A stretch of 51,369 bases of DNA from Planktothrix sp. (GTDB taxonomy: Bacteria; Cyanobacteriota; Cyanobacteriia; Cyanobacteriales; Microcoleaceae). The position numbers were made by a program, and so were the translations under genes. Every line of letters starts with the position of its first letter. Position 1 is the stretch's first letter. This document shows, one piece after another, positions 19,661-28,723 of this stretch. The notes beneath the pieces are model-generated. The model saw only the letters and a list, made by a program, of their open reading frames with translations, was not told the origin of the DNA and searched no databases. The DNA lies in assembly GCA_048595135.1 (NCBI GenBank), contig JBMDYE010000129.1, forward strand, positions 1-51,369, read 5' to 3'.

Positions 19661-21712
19661 CTAAACCGCTTGACCGATGGTTTTGCGTCCGGTTATAAAA
19701 TAAGTGGTCATGTTTCCTTTTCCTTTAACAAAAACGGTTCCTCGACATTCAAAATCATATTGCTCTTTTAGATGGTGATAGATTGTTTCAGTGACTTGAA
19801 TCCGGTCTTTTTGTCCTTGAGATTCCATCCGAGAGGCAATATTAACCGTATCTCCCCATAAATCATAAATAAATTTTTTAATCCCAATCACACCTGCGAC
19901 AACGGGGCCTGTATGAATGCCAATTCTTAGCCTAAAAACTTCACCCGTTGAGGTTTGAAATTGACTGATAACCTCCTGCATAGCTAATGCCATTTCTGCC
20001 ACCGCTTCGATATGATCCGGTCGAGGGTTTGGAACTCCTCCTACTACCATGTAAGCATCGCCAATGGTTTTAATTTTTTCTAATTTATAGGTTTCGGCTA
20101 ACTGATCAAAAGTCGAAAAAATTTGATTTAGTAATTCGACAACCGCTTCTGGATCAATAGTAGAACTGAGTTGCGTAAAACCGACAATATCGGCAAATAA
20201 AACTGTTGCTTCCGCAAAACTATCGGCAATGGTAATATCTCCTTGTTTTAAGCGTTTGGCGATCGCTTCTGGTAAAATATTTAAAAGTAATTTTTCAGAA
20301 TTTTCCTGTTGTTCCCGTAACGCTTCGGTACGTTCTTCGACTCGATGTTCTAATTCTTCATTTAGTTTTTGGAGGGCAATTTCAGCTTTTCTCCGTTCTG
20401 TAATATCCGTTCCAATACAGAGTAATCCGATAAAATTTCCTTGGTCATCCACTAACGGTTTATTTGACCAAGCCACCCAAACCCGTTCCCCATTGCGTTT
20501 AATATTTTCATTTTCATTTCGAGTAAATTGATTGGCATCAGTTAAAATATTTTTAAACATCGTTTCTAAGTCTTTTCCTTCCGAATCTTGGTAAGGAATT
20601 ACTCGACCCAGTGCCGTTTGATTTAAAATTTCTTCCTGAGAATACCCAAAAAACTGTTGAGCAAATTCATTAAAAAAGGTAATTCTCCCTTGAGTATCGA
20701 CTTTTAAAATAATACTATTGGCATTTTCTACTAATTCTCGATATTTCAGTTCACTGTCCTTTAAAGATTTCTCCGCTAAGGCTCGTTCTGTTACGGTTGC
20801 TGATAATAATAACGAGGTAATGGTAATCACACTCATAAAGGTTTGCAGTAACAAAATCGCTTGATTAATGTTGGCAACCTTGGTGACAAAAGGCCCTCCC
20901 CCTTGGGAACTGCCCCAAATGGCAATGGTTGAGACAATAAAAGAGGCAATAATCGATGCTTTTTGACCGAATTGAATTGCCGCCCAAATAATGAACGGAA
21001 ACGGGAAGTATTCTAAGGGGTAAGTTGCGATCGCACCTTCTGTTTTAGAAGCAAAAACAACCCAACTCACCGTAATTAATAAAATAAACCAAACTGTTGC
21101 TTTTAAATAAAATCCTTTTAATAAAGTTGGTTTTAGGGGTTGAAAAAGCGGTTGAGGTTGTGTTAAAATTAAAATTAGCGGAGTAAAAACCAGTACCCCC
21201 ATTGAATCGCCTAAAAACCAATTCCATCGGACTCCCCAAAAATCACTCCAAGGCACAAAACCCATTAAACAAATTCGTAAAACCCCCAAAGTCGAATTAA
21301 TTTGGGGTGCTAATAACGCCCCAAACCCAATCAGTTTTACAACGTCAATGGCTCGATTCAAAGAAGGATTAAAGTTAGCTCGTTTTAACCAAATCACCGC
21401 CAGAACCGCTTGCAAACTGGCACCCAATCCCGATCCGAAAGCATTTAACAGTGAAAATTGCTGTTGAATAATATCAAAGAGAAAAGCACCTAACGCCACT
21501 CCCACCCAGAGGCGAGTTCCCATTAAAATTAAAGCCGCTTGTGCAATTCCCGCCGGAGGCCAAACCGCCGACCCTAACCGATGCACCCCAGGAACAGAAA
21601 GAGCCAGTTTAGCTGTTAACGCATAAGAAATGGCGATTAAACTGACTTTAATTAAATAATCGGCAATTCTGGACTGGGAAAAGTTCCAGAAACGAGGGGG
21701 GTTGGGGTTCAT
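19661..21712 (-). CDS. MASE1-PAS-class III adenylate/guanylate cyclase
   Basis: 683 aa. The N-terminal region has about 8 TM helices and resembles MASE1. It is followed by a PAS block, a coiled coil and cyclase motifs (FADIVGFT, GDAYMVVGG, WGDTVNIASRME). Confidence 0.88.
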   Translation of the reverse strand: MNPNPPRFWNFSQSRIADYLIKVSLIAISYALTAKLALSVPGVHRLGSAVWPPAGIAQAALILMGTRLWVGVALGAFLFDIIQQQFSLLNAFGSGLGASLQAVLAVIWLKRANFNPSLNRAIDVVKLIGFGALLAPQINSTLGVLRICLMGFVPWSDFWGVRWNWFLGDSMGVLVFTPLILILTQPQPLFQPLKPTLLKGFYLKATVWFILLITVSWVVFASKTEGAIATYPLEYFPFPFIIWAAIQFGQKASIIASFIVSTIAIWGSSQGGGPFVTKVANINQAILLLQTFMSVITITSLLLSATVTERALAEKSLKDSELKYRELVENANSIILKVDTQGRITFFNEFAQQFFGYSQEEILNQTALGRVIPYQDSEGKDLETMFKNILTDANQFTRNENENIKRNGERVWVAWSNKPLVDDQGNFIGLLCIGTDITERRKAEIALQKLNEELEHRVEERTEALREQQENSEKLLLNILPEAIAKRLKQGDITIADSFAEATVLFADIVGFTQLSSTIDPEAVVELLNQIFSTFDQLAETYKLEKIKTIGDAYMVVGGVPNPRPDHIEAVAEMALAMQEVISQFQTSTGEVFRLRIGIHTGPVVAGVIGIKKFIYDLWGDTVNIASRMESQGQKDRIQVTETIYHHLKEQYDFECRGTVFVKGKGNMTTYFITGRKTIGQAV

Positions 21713-21951
21713 ACAGGAGGTTGAGGGTTAAGGTTGTGTGATGAGATCCCTGGTGTCTATTGTTGAGGGAGATTTCCTAAGACTTGATTATTCTAACCCT
21801 TTAGGAAACGAGCAAACTGAACGAATGAAGAAAGTTGAAGTTGTCCAATCTGATCCAAAGGGCGAAATGAGTATAGAGTTTTATGTTTAGGAATTGATCA
21901 TAGATAAGAATTTCGGCAAACTACCTTTTTTAAATTACTCAAAATAGAATT

Positions 21952-24900
21952 ATGCTTCTAGATAAATCCGAAAAAGTGCATCGCTGTATAACTCTATTAA
22001 TAAGTGTGGTATTTGCGACTGCCTACAGCATCCCCATCAGAGCCCAACCCATTACTCCTATCCCATCCCAGCCATCAACAACAGAAAACCCCAACCCATC
22101 AGGAACGCAGCAATCCGTACAGGCGTTTGCTGGACAACTCGCCGTGTTTTTAGGACATCAGGCGGATCTCACCAGTGCCGTATTTAGCCCCGATGGCAGC
22201 AAAATTTTGACGGCTAGCGAGGATGAAACCGCCCGCCTGTGGGATCTCAATGGCAATCTTTTAACGATATTTCGGGGTCATGAGAAAGAAGTTAGAAGGG
22301 CTATCTTTAGCCCCGATGGCAGCAAAATTTTGACGCTTACCGATTATGAAGCAGTCCGCCTGTGGGATCTTCAAGGCAATCTCCTCAAAGAGTTCCGAGG
22401 CGTTGACGATGGCGATAAAATCATAAATGCTGTATTTAGTCCAGATGGTAGCCAAATCCTGACGATTAGTCGGTTTTATAAGCAAGCCGGTTTTGGAGAT
22501 ACATTCCATCTATGGGATACCAATGGCAATCTCCTAGCACAGTTTCAGGGTCGTCCGGAGAAGAGCAGTGGTGGATCAATTTACTCAAAAGCTGTATTTA
22601 GCCCGGATGGTCGCAAAATTCTTACTGTCGATTCCCACGGAACCGTGTCCTTGTGGGATCTCAAAGGCAATTTGCTCAAAGAGTTTCAGGGGCATAAAGA
22701 TGTTGTCATTCGAGCAGAATTTAGTCCCGATGGCAACCAAATCCTCACCGCGAGTGTAGATAAAACTGCCCGTCTGTGGGATGTTCAAGGCAATCTGCTC
22801 AGAGAGTTTCAGGGCCATAAAGAGCTAGTTTACAGTGCAGAATTTAGTCTCGATGGCAACCAAATCCTCACCGCGAGTAGCGATACAGCCCGCCTTTGGG
22901 ATACTCAAGGCAATATGCTGACAGAATTTCGAGGACATGAAGTTTATAGCTGGAGTGTACAAGGATTTAGTCCCGATAGCCGGCAAATCCTGACCAGTGG
23001 TCGAGATGGAACCGCTCGTCTGTGGGATACCAAAGGCAATCGACTCGCAACGTTGCGGGGACATGAGAGTGCAGTTAGTGCAGTATTTAGTCCCAATGGT
23101 CGGCAAATTATCACCTTTGGTTGGGATCAAGTGCCTCGTTTGTGGGACGTTTCAGCCGCAATTGCTGCCGAATCTGAGCAAATGGCTGCCAGGAAAATCC
23201 TTCTAGAAAGTGTGTCTGAAAATAATGCTCAACTAGCAATCTTTCGGGGACATGAAAGTTATGTCAGTAGTGCTGTCTTTAGTCCAGATGGTACGCAAAT
23301 TCTCACTGCAAGTCGAGATGAAACAGCACGATTATGGGATCTTAAAGGCAATCTCTTGGCAGAGTTTAAGGGGCATGAAGAAGGGATTTATCGAGCCCTA
23401 TTTAGCCCGGATGGGAGCAAAATCCTCACCACAAATGGTGAGAACATCCGTTTATGGGACAAGAAAGGCAATCTCCTCTCTGTATTGCAAGGACATAATC
23501 ATATCAATGCAGTATTTAGTCCGGATGGGAGCAAAATCCTCCCCAGCGATTGCCAATGCTATCCGGTTAGCTTGTGGGATAGCCAAGGTAATCTCCTTAC
23601 TGAGTTGCGGGTACCCAGGAAAGTTGAGGAAATAGAAGAATGGTATTGGATTGTTAACAGTGCAGCATTTAGTCCTGATAGCAGCCAAATTCTCACCGTT
23701 AGTGAGGATAGAATTGCTAGATTGTGGGATATCAAAGGTCATCTTTTAGCCGAATTCCCACTAGGGCATGAGAAGACTGTCAAAAGTGTAGTTTTTAGTC
23801 CCGATGGTCGCCAATTCCTGACAGCAAGTAATGATGAAACTGCCCGGTTGTGGGATCTCACAGGCAATCTCCTTGCTGAGTTCCGGGGGCATAAGGAAAG
23901 ACTCGAAAGTGCTCTATTTAGCCCAGATGGAAGTCAAATCCTGACCAAGAGTTTAGATGATACGGCTCGTCTGTGGGATCTCAAAGGCAATTTCTTGACA
24001 GAGTTTCGAGTCGATGAAAGACATCTTAGAAGTGTAATCTTTAGCCCGGATGGTCGGCAAATTCTCACCACCAGTAGTGAAACTTTCGGCCCTGGAATCG
24101 CCCGGTTGTGGGATACCAAAGGTAATCTTCTAGCTGTGTTTCGGGGACATGAAGGCACCACCCACAGTGCAGTATTTAGCCCCGATGGCCGACAAATTCT
24201 CACGGCCGGTGATGATGGCACTGCCCGGTTGTGGGATGTCTCAGTGGCAATTGCAGCCCAAGCCGAGCAAACGGCTGCTTTGCAAGCTTTTCAGGAAAAT
24301 CTTTCTAAAAATAGTGCTCAACTGGTAGAGTTACGGGAAGACAAGGAAGTTCAGAGTGCAGTATTTAGCCCCGATAGCCGACATATCCTCACGGCTAACG
24401 GAGAAATCGTCCGCTTGTGGGATAGCAAAGGCAATCTTCTAACCGAATTTCAAAGCTCAAAAGAAAGGATTGGTAGACCAGTATTTAGCCCCGATGGTCG
24501 CTATATCCTTACAACTGGTGATGAAACCGCTTACTTGTGGGATATCAAAGGTAATATGGTGACAAAGTTCCAGGGGCACAAAAGTTCTGTTACCAGTGCA
24601 GTATTTAGCCCGGATGGCCAGCAAATTGTTACCACAAGTATAGATAGCACCGCCCGCCTGTGGGATACCCAAGGTAATGTTCTGGCTGTATTCCAAGGCC
24701 ATGAGAGTTATGTCAACAGCGCCGTATTTAGTCCCGACGGCAGCCAAATCCTCACCGCTAGTTTAGATAACACCGCTCGGTTGTGGGATACTAAAGGCAG
24801 TCTTCTGGCTGTGTTCCGGGGGGATGATAGGAAAGTTGAAAATGCAATCGTCGAAAGTGCAGTATTTAGCCCTGATGGTCGGCATATCCTGACTGCCCAC

Positions 24901-27813
24901 AGTTCTGTCTATGGAGATGCCCGCCTGTGGGATACCCAAGGCAATCTTTTAGTAGAGTTTCAAGGGCAGAAGGATGTAAGTCAAAGCCGAGGTTTCCGCA
25001 ATCGTGCAATATTTAGCCCGGATGGGAGTCAAATTCTGATTACCAGTAGCGATGGAATCCCTCGTTTATGGCATATCAAAGGCAATCTCATTAAAGTATT
25101 TCGAGACCATGAAGGTTCTGTTAACAGTGCAGTATTTAGTCCAGATAGCCAGCAAATCCTTACTGCTAGTTGGGATAAAACTACCCATCTGTGGGACAAC
25201 GAAGGAAATTTGTTAGCAATCTTCCGGGGACATGAGGATAGTGTCGAAAGTGCAGAATTTAGCCCCGATGGTCGCCAAATTCTGACGGCTAGCAGGGATA
25301 GAACCACCCGTGTATGGGATATTGCCACCGGAATCAAGGTTTCTGCGGCTGAAGTCGCCTACATCAAAGGTAATCAACTCTCAAACCAAGGAACTATTGA
25401 ATCTAGACAACTCGCCCTCCAGAAGTTGGAAGAAGCCCTCGCACTCTATCGTGAAGAGGGAAACTATGCCCAAGCTGCACGTACTCTTTTATCAATGGGT
25501 AAAATTTACGTTAATTTCGGACAATTTCAATCGGCTCTCGATTCCTACAATCAAGCATTGCCTTTATCGCGACAAGCGGGTGTCAAAGCAGAAGAAGCAG
25601 TTCTACTCAACAGTCTCGGTCAACTCTACACCGATTTAGCCGACCCGAAAACAGCCCTCGATTACTATAACCAAGCATTGCCCTTATTTTATCAATTAAA
25701 TGACCAAAGTGCGATCGCCCACACCCTCAACAACATTGGTAATATTTATGCGGCTACCGGACAATGGGAAAAGGCGATTTCCTCCTACAATCAAGCTTTA
25801 GTCTTCTCCCGACCCATCGGTGATTTAGCTGCCGAAGCGACTGCCTTAAGTGGTATTGGTAGCACTTACATCGCCTCCCAAGACTGGTCAACCGCCCTCA
25901 ATGCCTACAACCAATCTCTCCTGATTTCCCGCCACCTCAACGACAAAATCAAACAAACGACAATACTCAATCAACTCGGAAAAATAAACGCTGCATTAGG
26001 TCAGAATTCCACCGCCATCGAACACTACAACCAAGCTTTATCTTTAGCCCAACAACTCGGTTACAAAACCGAAGAAGCCCACATTCTCTATAATCAAGCC
26101 CTCTTCAACCGCCAACAAAATAACCTCACCGACGCCAAAACCGAAATCGAAACCGCCATTAATATTATCGAATCACTCCGTACCCAAATCGCTTCTCAAG
26201 AACTGCGACAATCTTACTTTGCTCGTAACCAAGATTATTATCAATTTTACATCGATTTATTAATGCAATTACACCAACAAAACCCCAATCAAGGATATGA
26301 TGGTGAAGCCTTGCACATTAGCGAACGCGCCCGCGCCCGCAGTCTGATAGAACTCCTCACCGAAGCCACTGCGAATATTCGTTCAGGTGCTGACCCCAAA
26401 CTATTAGAACAAGAACAAAGTTTACAACAACAACTCAATGATTTAGAAAATCGCAAATATCAACTGCAAAGCGGTCAATATAACCAACAAGAACTCGATG
26501 AAATTCAACAAAAAAGGGACAATGTTCTGGCTCAACTCAAACAACTCGAAGCCCAAATTCGCACCAGTAGTCCCCGCTACGCCGACCTCAAATATCCCGA
26601 ACCTTTGAATCTCCAACAAATTCAACAACAGGTACTCGATGATGATACTCTACTTCTAGAATATTCCCTTGGCGAAGACCGTAGTTATCTTTGGGCCGTT
26701 ACCAAAAACAGCATTAATAGTTATATACTGCCCAAACAAAGCGAGATAGAAAGTGCTGTTGAAACTTTCCGTCAATCTGTAACTCAAGATAGCGCAGCAA
26801 CTATCGATACCGGACTCCCACTCAGCCAAATCCTTCTCTCTCCTGTCGCCAATCAATTCGGGAATAAACGTTTATTAATTGTCGGAGATGGAGTCTTGCA
26901 ATATGTTCCCTTTGCGGCATTACCGATACCGACCTCTTCTCCCTCCTTCCCTGCGAGGGAAGGGGGGTCGGGGGGGTTAGGTCTGTCCCCTCTCCTCGTC
27001 CAAAACGAAATTGTGACGCTTCCTTCTGCCTCAACGGTTGCCATTCAACGTCGCCAACTGCAAAATCGTTCCCCTGTCGCCAAAACGGTCGCCGTGATTG
27101 CCGATCCGGTTTTCAGTCTCAAAGATTCTCGGATTACTGGCAATCCACCTGTACAATCCCGCAATACATTATCCGAGCTTAACCTAAATCGCGCTACCCG
27201 TAACCTATTAGGTTTAGGGGGAGGGGGTCAAATCTTTGACCGTCTCAAATATACCCGCGATGAAGCGAATCAAATTATCGCCTTGGTTCCCGAAACCCAA
27301 CGTTTCCAAGCATTTGATTTTGAAGCCTCTCGCCAAATCGCCACAAACCCGAATTTAGCCGAATATCAGATTATTCACCTCGCCACTCACGGATTAATCG
27401 ATCCCATCAATCCTGAGTTATCAGGAATTGTGCTATCTCTTTACGACCAAAAAGGCAACTCGGAAGATGGTTTTTTGCGCCTCCATGATATTTTTAACTT
27501 GAATTTACCTGCGGAATTAGTCGTATTAAGTGCTTGCGAAACGGGATTAGGTGAAAATGTCAAAGGGGAAGGTTTAGTGGGCTTGACAAGAGGTTTTATG
27601 TATGCAGGCTCAAGGCGGGTGGTGGTGAGTTTGTGGAGTGTCAATGATGCGGCAACTTCTCAGTTAATGGCAAAATTTTATCAGAAGATGTTACAAGGAA
27701 AGCAAAATCCGACGACAGCACTTCGAGAGGCGCAACTGGAAATGTGGAATTCTCAGCAATGGCAGTCTCCCTATTATTGGGCGGCATTTACGGTACAGGG
27801 CGACTGGCGATAA
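21952..27813 (+). CDS. Giant WD40 (three propeller modules)-TPR-CHAT domain protein with an N-terminal signal/anchor
   Basis: 1953 aa. It contains dozens of FSPDG.QILT...ARLWD blades, TPR-like repeats (YNQAL.. periodicity) and a C-terminal CHAT domain with a caspase-like His (HLATHG) and Cys (VLSACETG). Confidence 0.92.
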   Translation: MLLDKSEKVHRCITLLISVVFATAYSIPIRAQPITPIPSQPSTTENPNPSGTQQSVQAFAGQLAVFLGHQADLTSAVFSPDGSKILTASEDETARLWDLNGNLLTIFRGHEKEVRRAIFSPDGSKILTLTDYEAVRLWDLQGNLLKEFRGVDDGDKIINAVFSPDGSQILTISRFYKQAGFGDTFHLWDTNGNLLAQFQGRPEKSSGGSIYSKAVFSPDGRKILTVDSHGTVSLWDLKGNLLKEFQGHKDVVIRAEFSPDGNQILTASVDKTARLWDVQGNLLREFQGHKELVYSAEFSLDGNQILTASSDTARLWDTQGNMLTEFRGHEVYSWSVQGFSPDSRQILTSGRDGTARLWDTKGNRLATLRGHESAVSAVFSPNGRQIITFGWDQVPRLWDVSAAIAAESEQMAARKILLESVSENNAQLAIFRGHESYVSSAVFSPDGTQILTASRDETARLWDLKGNLLAEFKGHEEGIYRALFSPDGSKILTTNGENIRLWDKKGNLLSVLQGHNHINAVFSPDGSKILPSDCQCYPVSLWDSQGNLLTELRVPRKVEEIEEWYWIVNSAAFSPDSSQILTVSEDRIARLWDIKGHLLAEFPLGHEKTVKSVVFSPDGRQFLTASNDETARLWDLTGNLLAEFRGHKERLESALFSPDGSQILTKSLDDTARLWDLKGNFLTEFRVDERHLRSVIFSPDGRQILTTSSETFGPGIARLWDTKGNLLAVFRGHEGTTHSAVFSPDGRQILTAGDDGTARLWDVSVAIAAQAEQTAALQAFQENLSKNSAQLVELREDKEVQSAVFSPDSRHILTANGEIVRLWDSKGNLLTEFQSSKERIGRPVFSPDGRYILTTGDETAYLWDIKGNMVTKFQGHKSSVTSAVFSPDGQQIVTTSIDSTARLWDTQGNVLAVFQGHESYVNSAVFSPDGSQILTASLDNTARLWDTKGSLLAVFRGDDRKVENAIVESAVFSPDGRHILTAHSSVYGDARLWDTQGNLLVEFQGQKDVSQSRGFRNRAIFSPDGSQILITSSDGIPRLWHIKGNLIKVFRDHEGSVNSAVFSPDSQQILTASWDKTTHLWDNEGNLLAIFRGHEDSVESAEFSPDGRQILTASRDRTTRVWDIATGIKVSAAEVAYIKGNQLSNQGTIESRQLALQKLEEALALYREEGNYAQAARTLLSMGKIYVNFGQFQSALDSYNQALPLSRQAGVKAEEAVLLNSLGQLYTDLADPKTALDYYNQALPLFYQLNDQSAIAHTLNNIGNIYAATGQWEKAISSYNQALVFSRPIGDLAAEATALSGIGSTYIASQDWSTALNAYNQSLLISRHLNDKIKQTTILNQLGKINAALGQNSTAIEHYNQALSLAQQLGYKTEEAHILYNQALFNRQQNNLTDAKTEIETAINIIESLRTQIASQELRQSYFARNQDYYQFYIDLLMQLHQQNPNQGYDGEALHISERARARSLIELLTEATANIRSGADPKLLEQEQSLQQQLNDLENRKYQLQSGQYNQQELDEIQQKRDNVLAQLKQLEAQIRTSSPRYADLKYPEPLNLQQIQQQVLDDDTLLLEYSLGEDRSYLWAVTKNSINSYILPKQSEIESAVETFRQSVTQDSAATIDTGLPLSQILLSPVANQFGNKRLLIVGDGVLQYVPFAALPIPTSSPSFPAREGGSGGLGLSPLLVQNEIVTLPSASTVAIQRRQLQNRSPVAKTVAVIADPVFSLKDSRITGNPPVQSRNTLSELNLNRATRNLLGLGGGGQIFDRLKYTRDEANQIIALVPETQRFQAFDFEASRQIATNPNLAEYQIIHLATHGLIDPINPELSGIVLSLYDQKGNSEDGFLRLHDIFNLNLPAELVVLSACETGLGENVKGEGLVGLTRGFMYAGSRRVVVSLWSVNDAATSQLMAKFYQKMLQGKQNPTTALREAQLEMWNSQQWQSPYYWAAFTVQGDWR

Positions 27814-27826
27814 CTTCTTGGGATTT

Positions 27827-28339
27827 CTACAACGGGGTTCCAAAATTCTGTGTCCAATAATGATTATAATTCAGGGTACCAGAATCAGTTTCTAAACAAT
27901 AATAACCCACACCAATTTCTGTTAAATTAGGATTAAGAATATTGGCTCGATGCCCTGGACTATTCATCCATCCAGAAACAACTTGTTCAGGAGTTGTATA
28001 GCCTGCTGCGATATTTTCTGCCGCACTTGAGAATTGATATCCAGCCGCTGTAATTCGCTGCGCCATCGTACTTCCATCAATCCCTGTATGACTAAAAAAG
28101 TCTTGCCATGCCATATTTAAACTATGATTTTCAGCAGAATATTCTAACAAAGGATTATAGGTCAACGGGGTTAAACCTGCTTTAATTCGTTCTTCATTGG
28201 TCAGATCAAAAACGCACTGTTCAAAAGTTTTAGGAACAGTGACATTACCGATGAGAGGGTCATAGTAGGGATAACTATTAAGAGTTTCTAGGTTAGGAGT
28301 TCCGGTGAGAATATCAATATTGGCAGGATCGTTAGTCAT
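27827..28339 (-). CDS. CAP/SCP/PR1-like domain protein
   Basis: 170 aa with the CAP-domain blocks FSHTG, AENIAAGY and GWMNSPGHRANIL. Confidence 0.85.
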   Translation of the reverse strand: MTNDPANIDILTGTPNLETLNSYPYYDPLIGNVTVPKTFEQCVFDLTNEERIKAGLTPLTYNPLLEYSAENHSLNMAWQDFFSHTGIDGSTMAQRITAAGYQFSSAAENIAAGYTTPEQVVSGWMNSPGHRANILNPNLTEIGVGYYCLETDSGTLNYNHYWTQNFGTPL

Positions 28340-28608
28340 AATTTCCTCTTGATTAGAATTAAGAGGACTATTTAGAAAAAGTCTAAAATCTCCCTCTTAA
28401 ATAACCGTTTATTTTTTAATCTCTTTCCTAATAGGATGGATTTAGTCTTGACTTTCTTTACTGTAAATCTTTGAATATAATTAGCCAACAGTAGACCTAC
28501 GGAACTTTAGATCATTCTTGTTTTCCTAGATCCGTAAAATCCCTAAATGAGTTTGCTGTTGGGTAAAAAATAGAGAGTCAAACTTGATTCTGTAAAGTTC
28601 GTAAACTA

Positions 28609-28641
28609 AAAACCCCGGTTTCTCTAAGAAACCGGGGTTTT
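28609..28641 (-). terminator. Perfect 15-bp hairpin terminator downstream of argZ/agrE
   Basis: AAAACCCCGGTTTCT-cta-AGAAACCGGGGTTTT, with T-runs on both strands, 83 nt after the stop at 28724. Confidence 0.6.
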
Positions 28642-28723
28642 GGCTTGTAGGAACCCCCAACAAAAAAAACGATCGCACTTAATAATATAAATGCGATCGC
28701 CCTTAAATTAATTTCAATTAAAA

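Noticed and set aside
22261-25337. Numerous 60-130-aa ORFs on both strands inside the WD40 region (for example 22261-22509, 22585-22818, 22825-23130, 23252-23635, 23934-24221, 24457-24747 and 25029-25337).
   Set aside because: They lie entirely within the 1953-aa gene and repeat with the WD40 blade period. They are frame artefacts of a repetitive coding sequence, with no independent start or SD signals.
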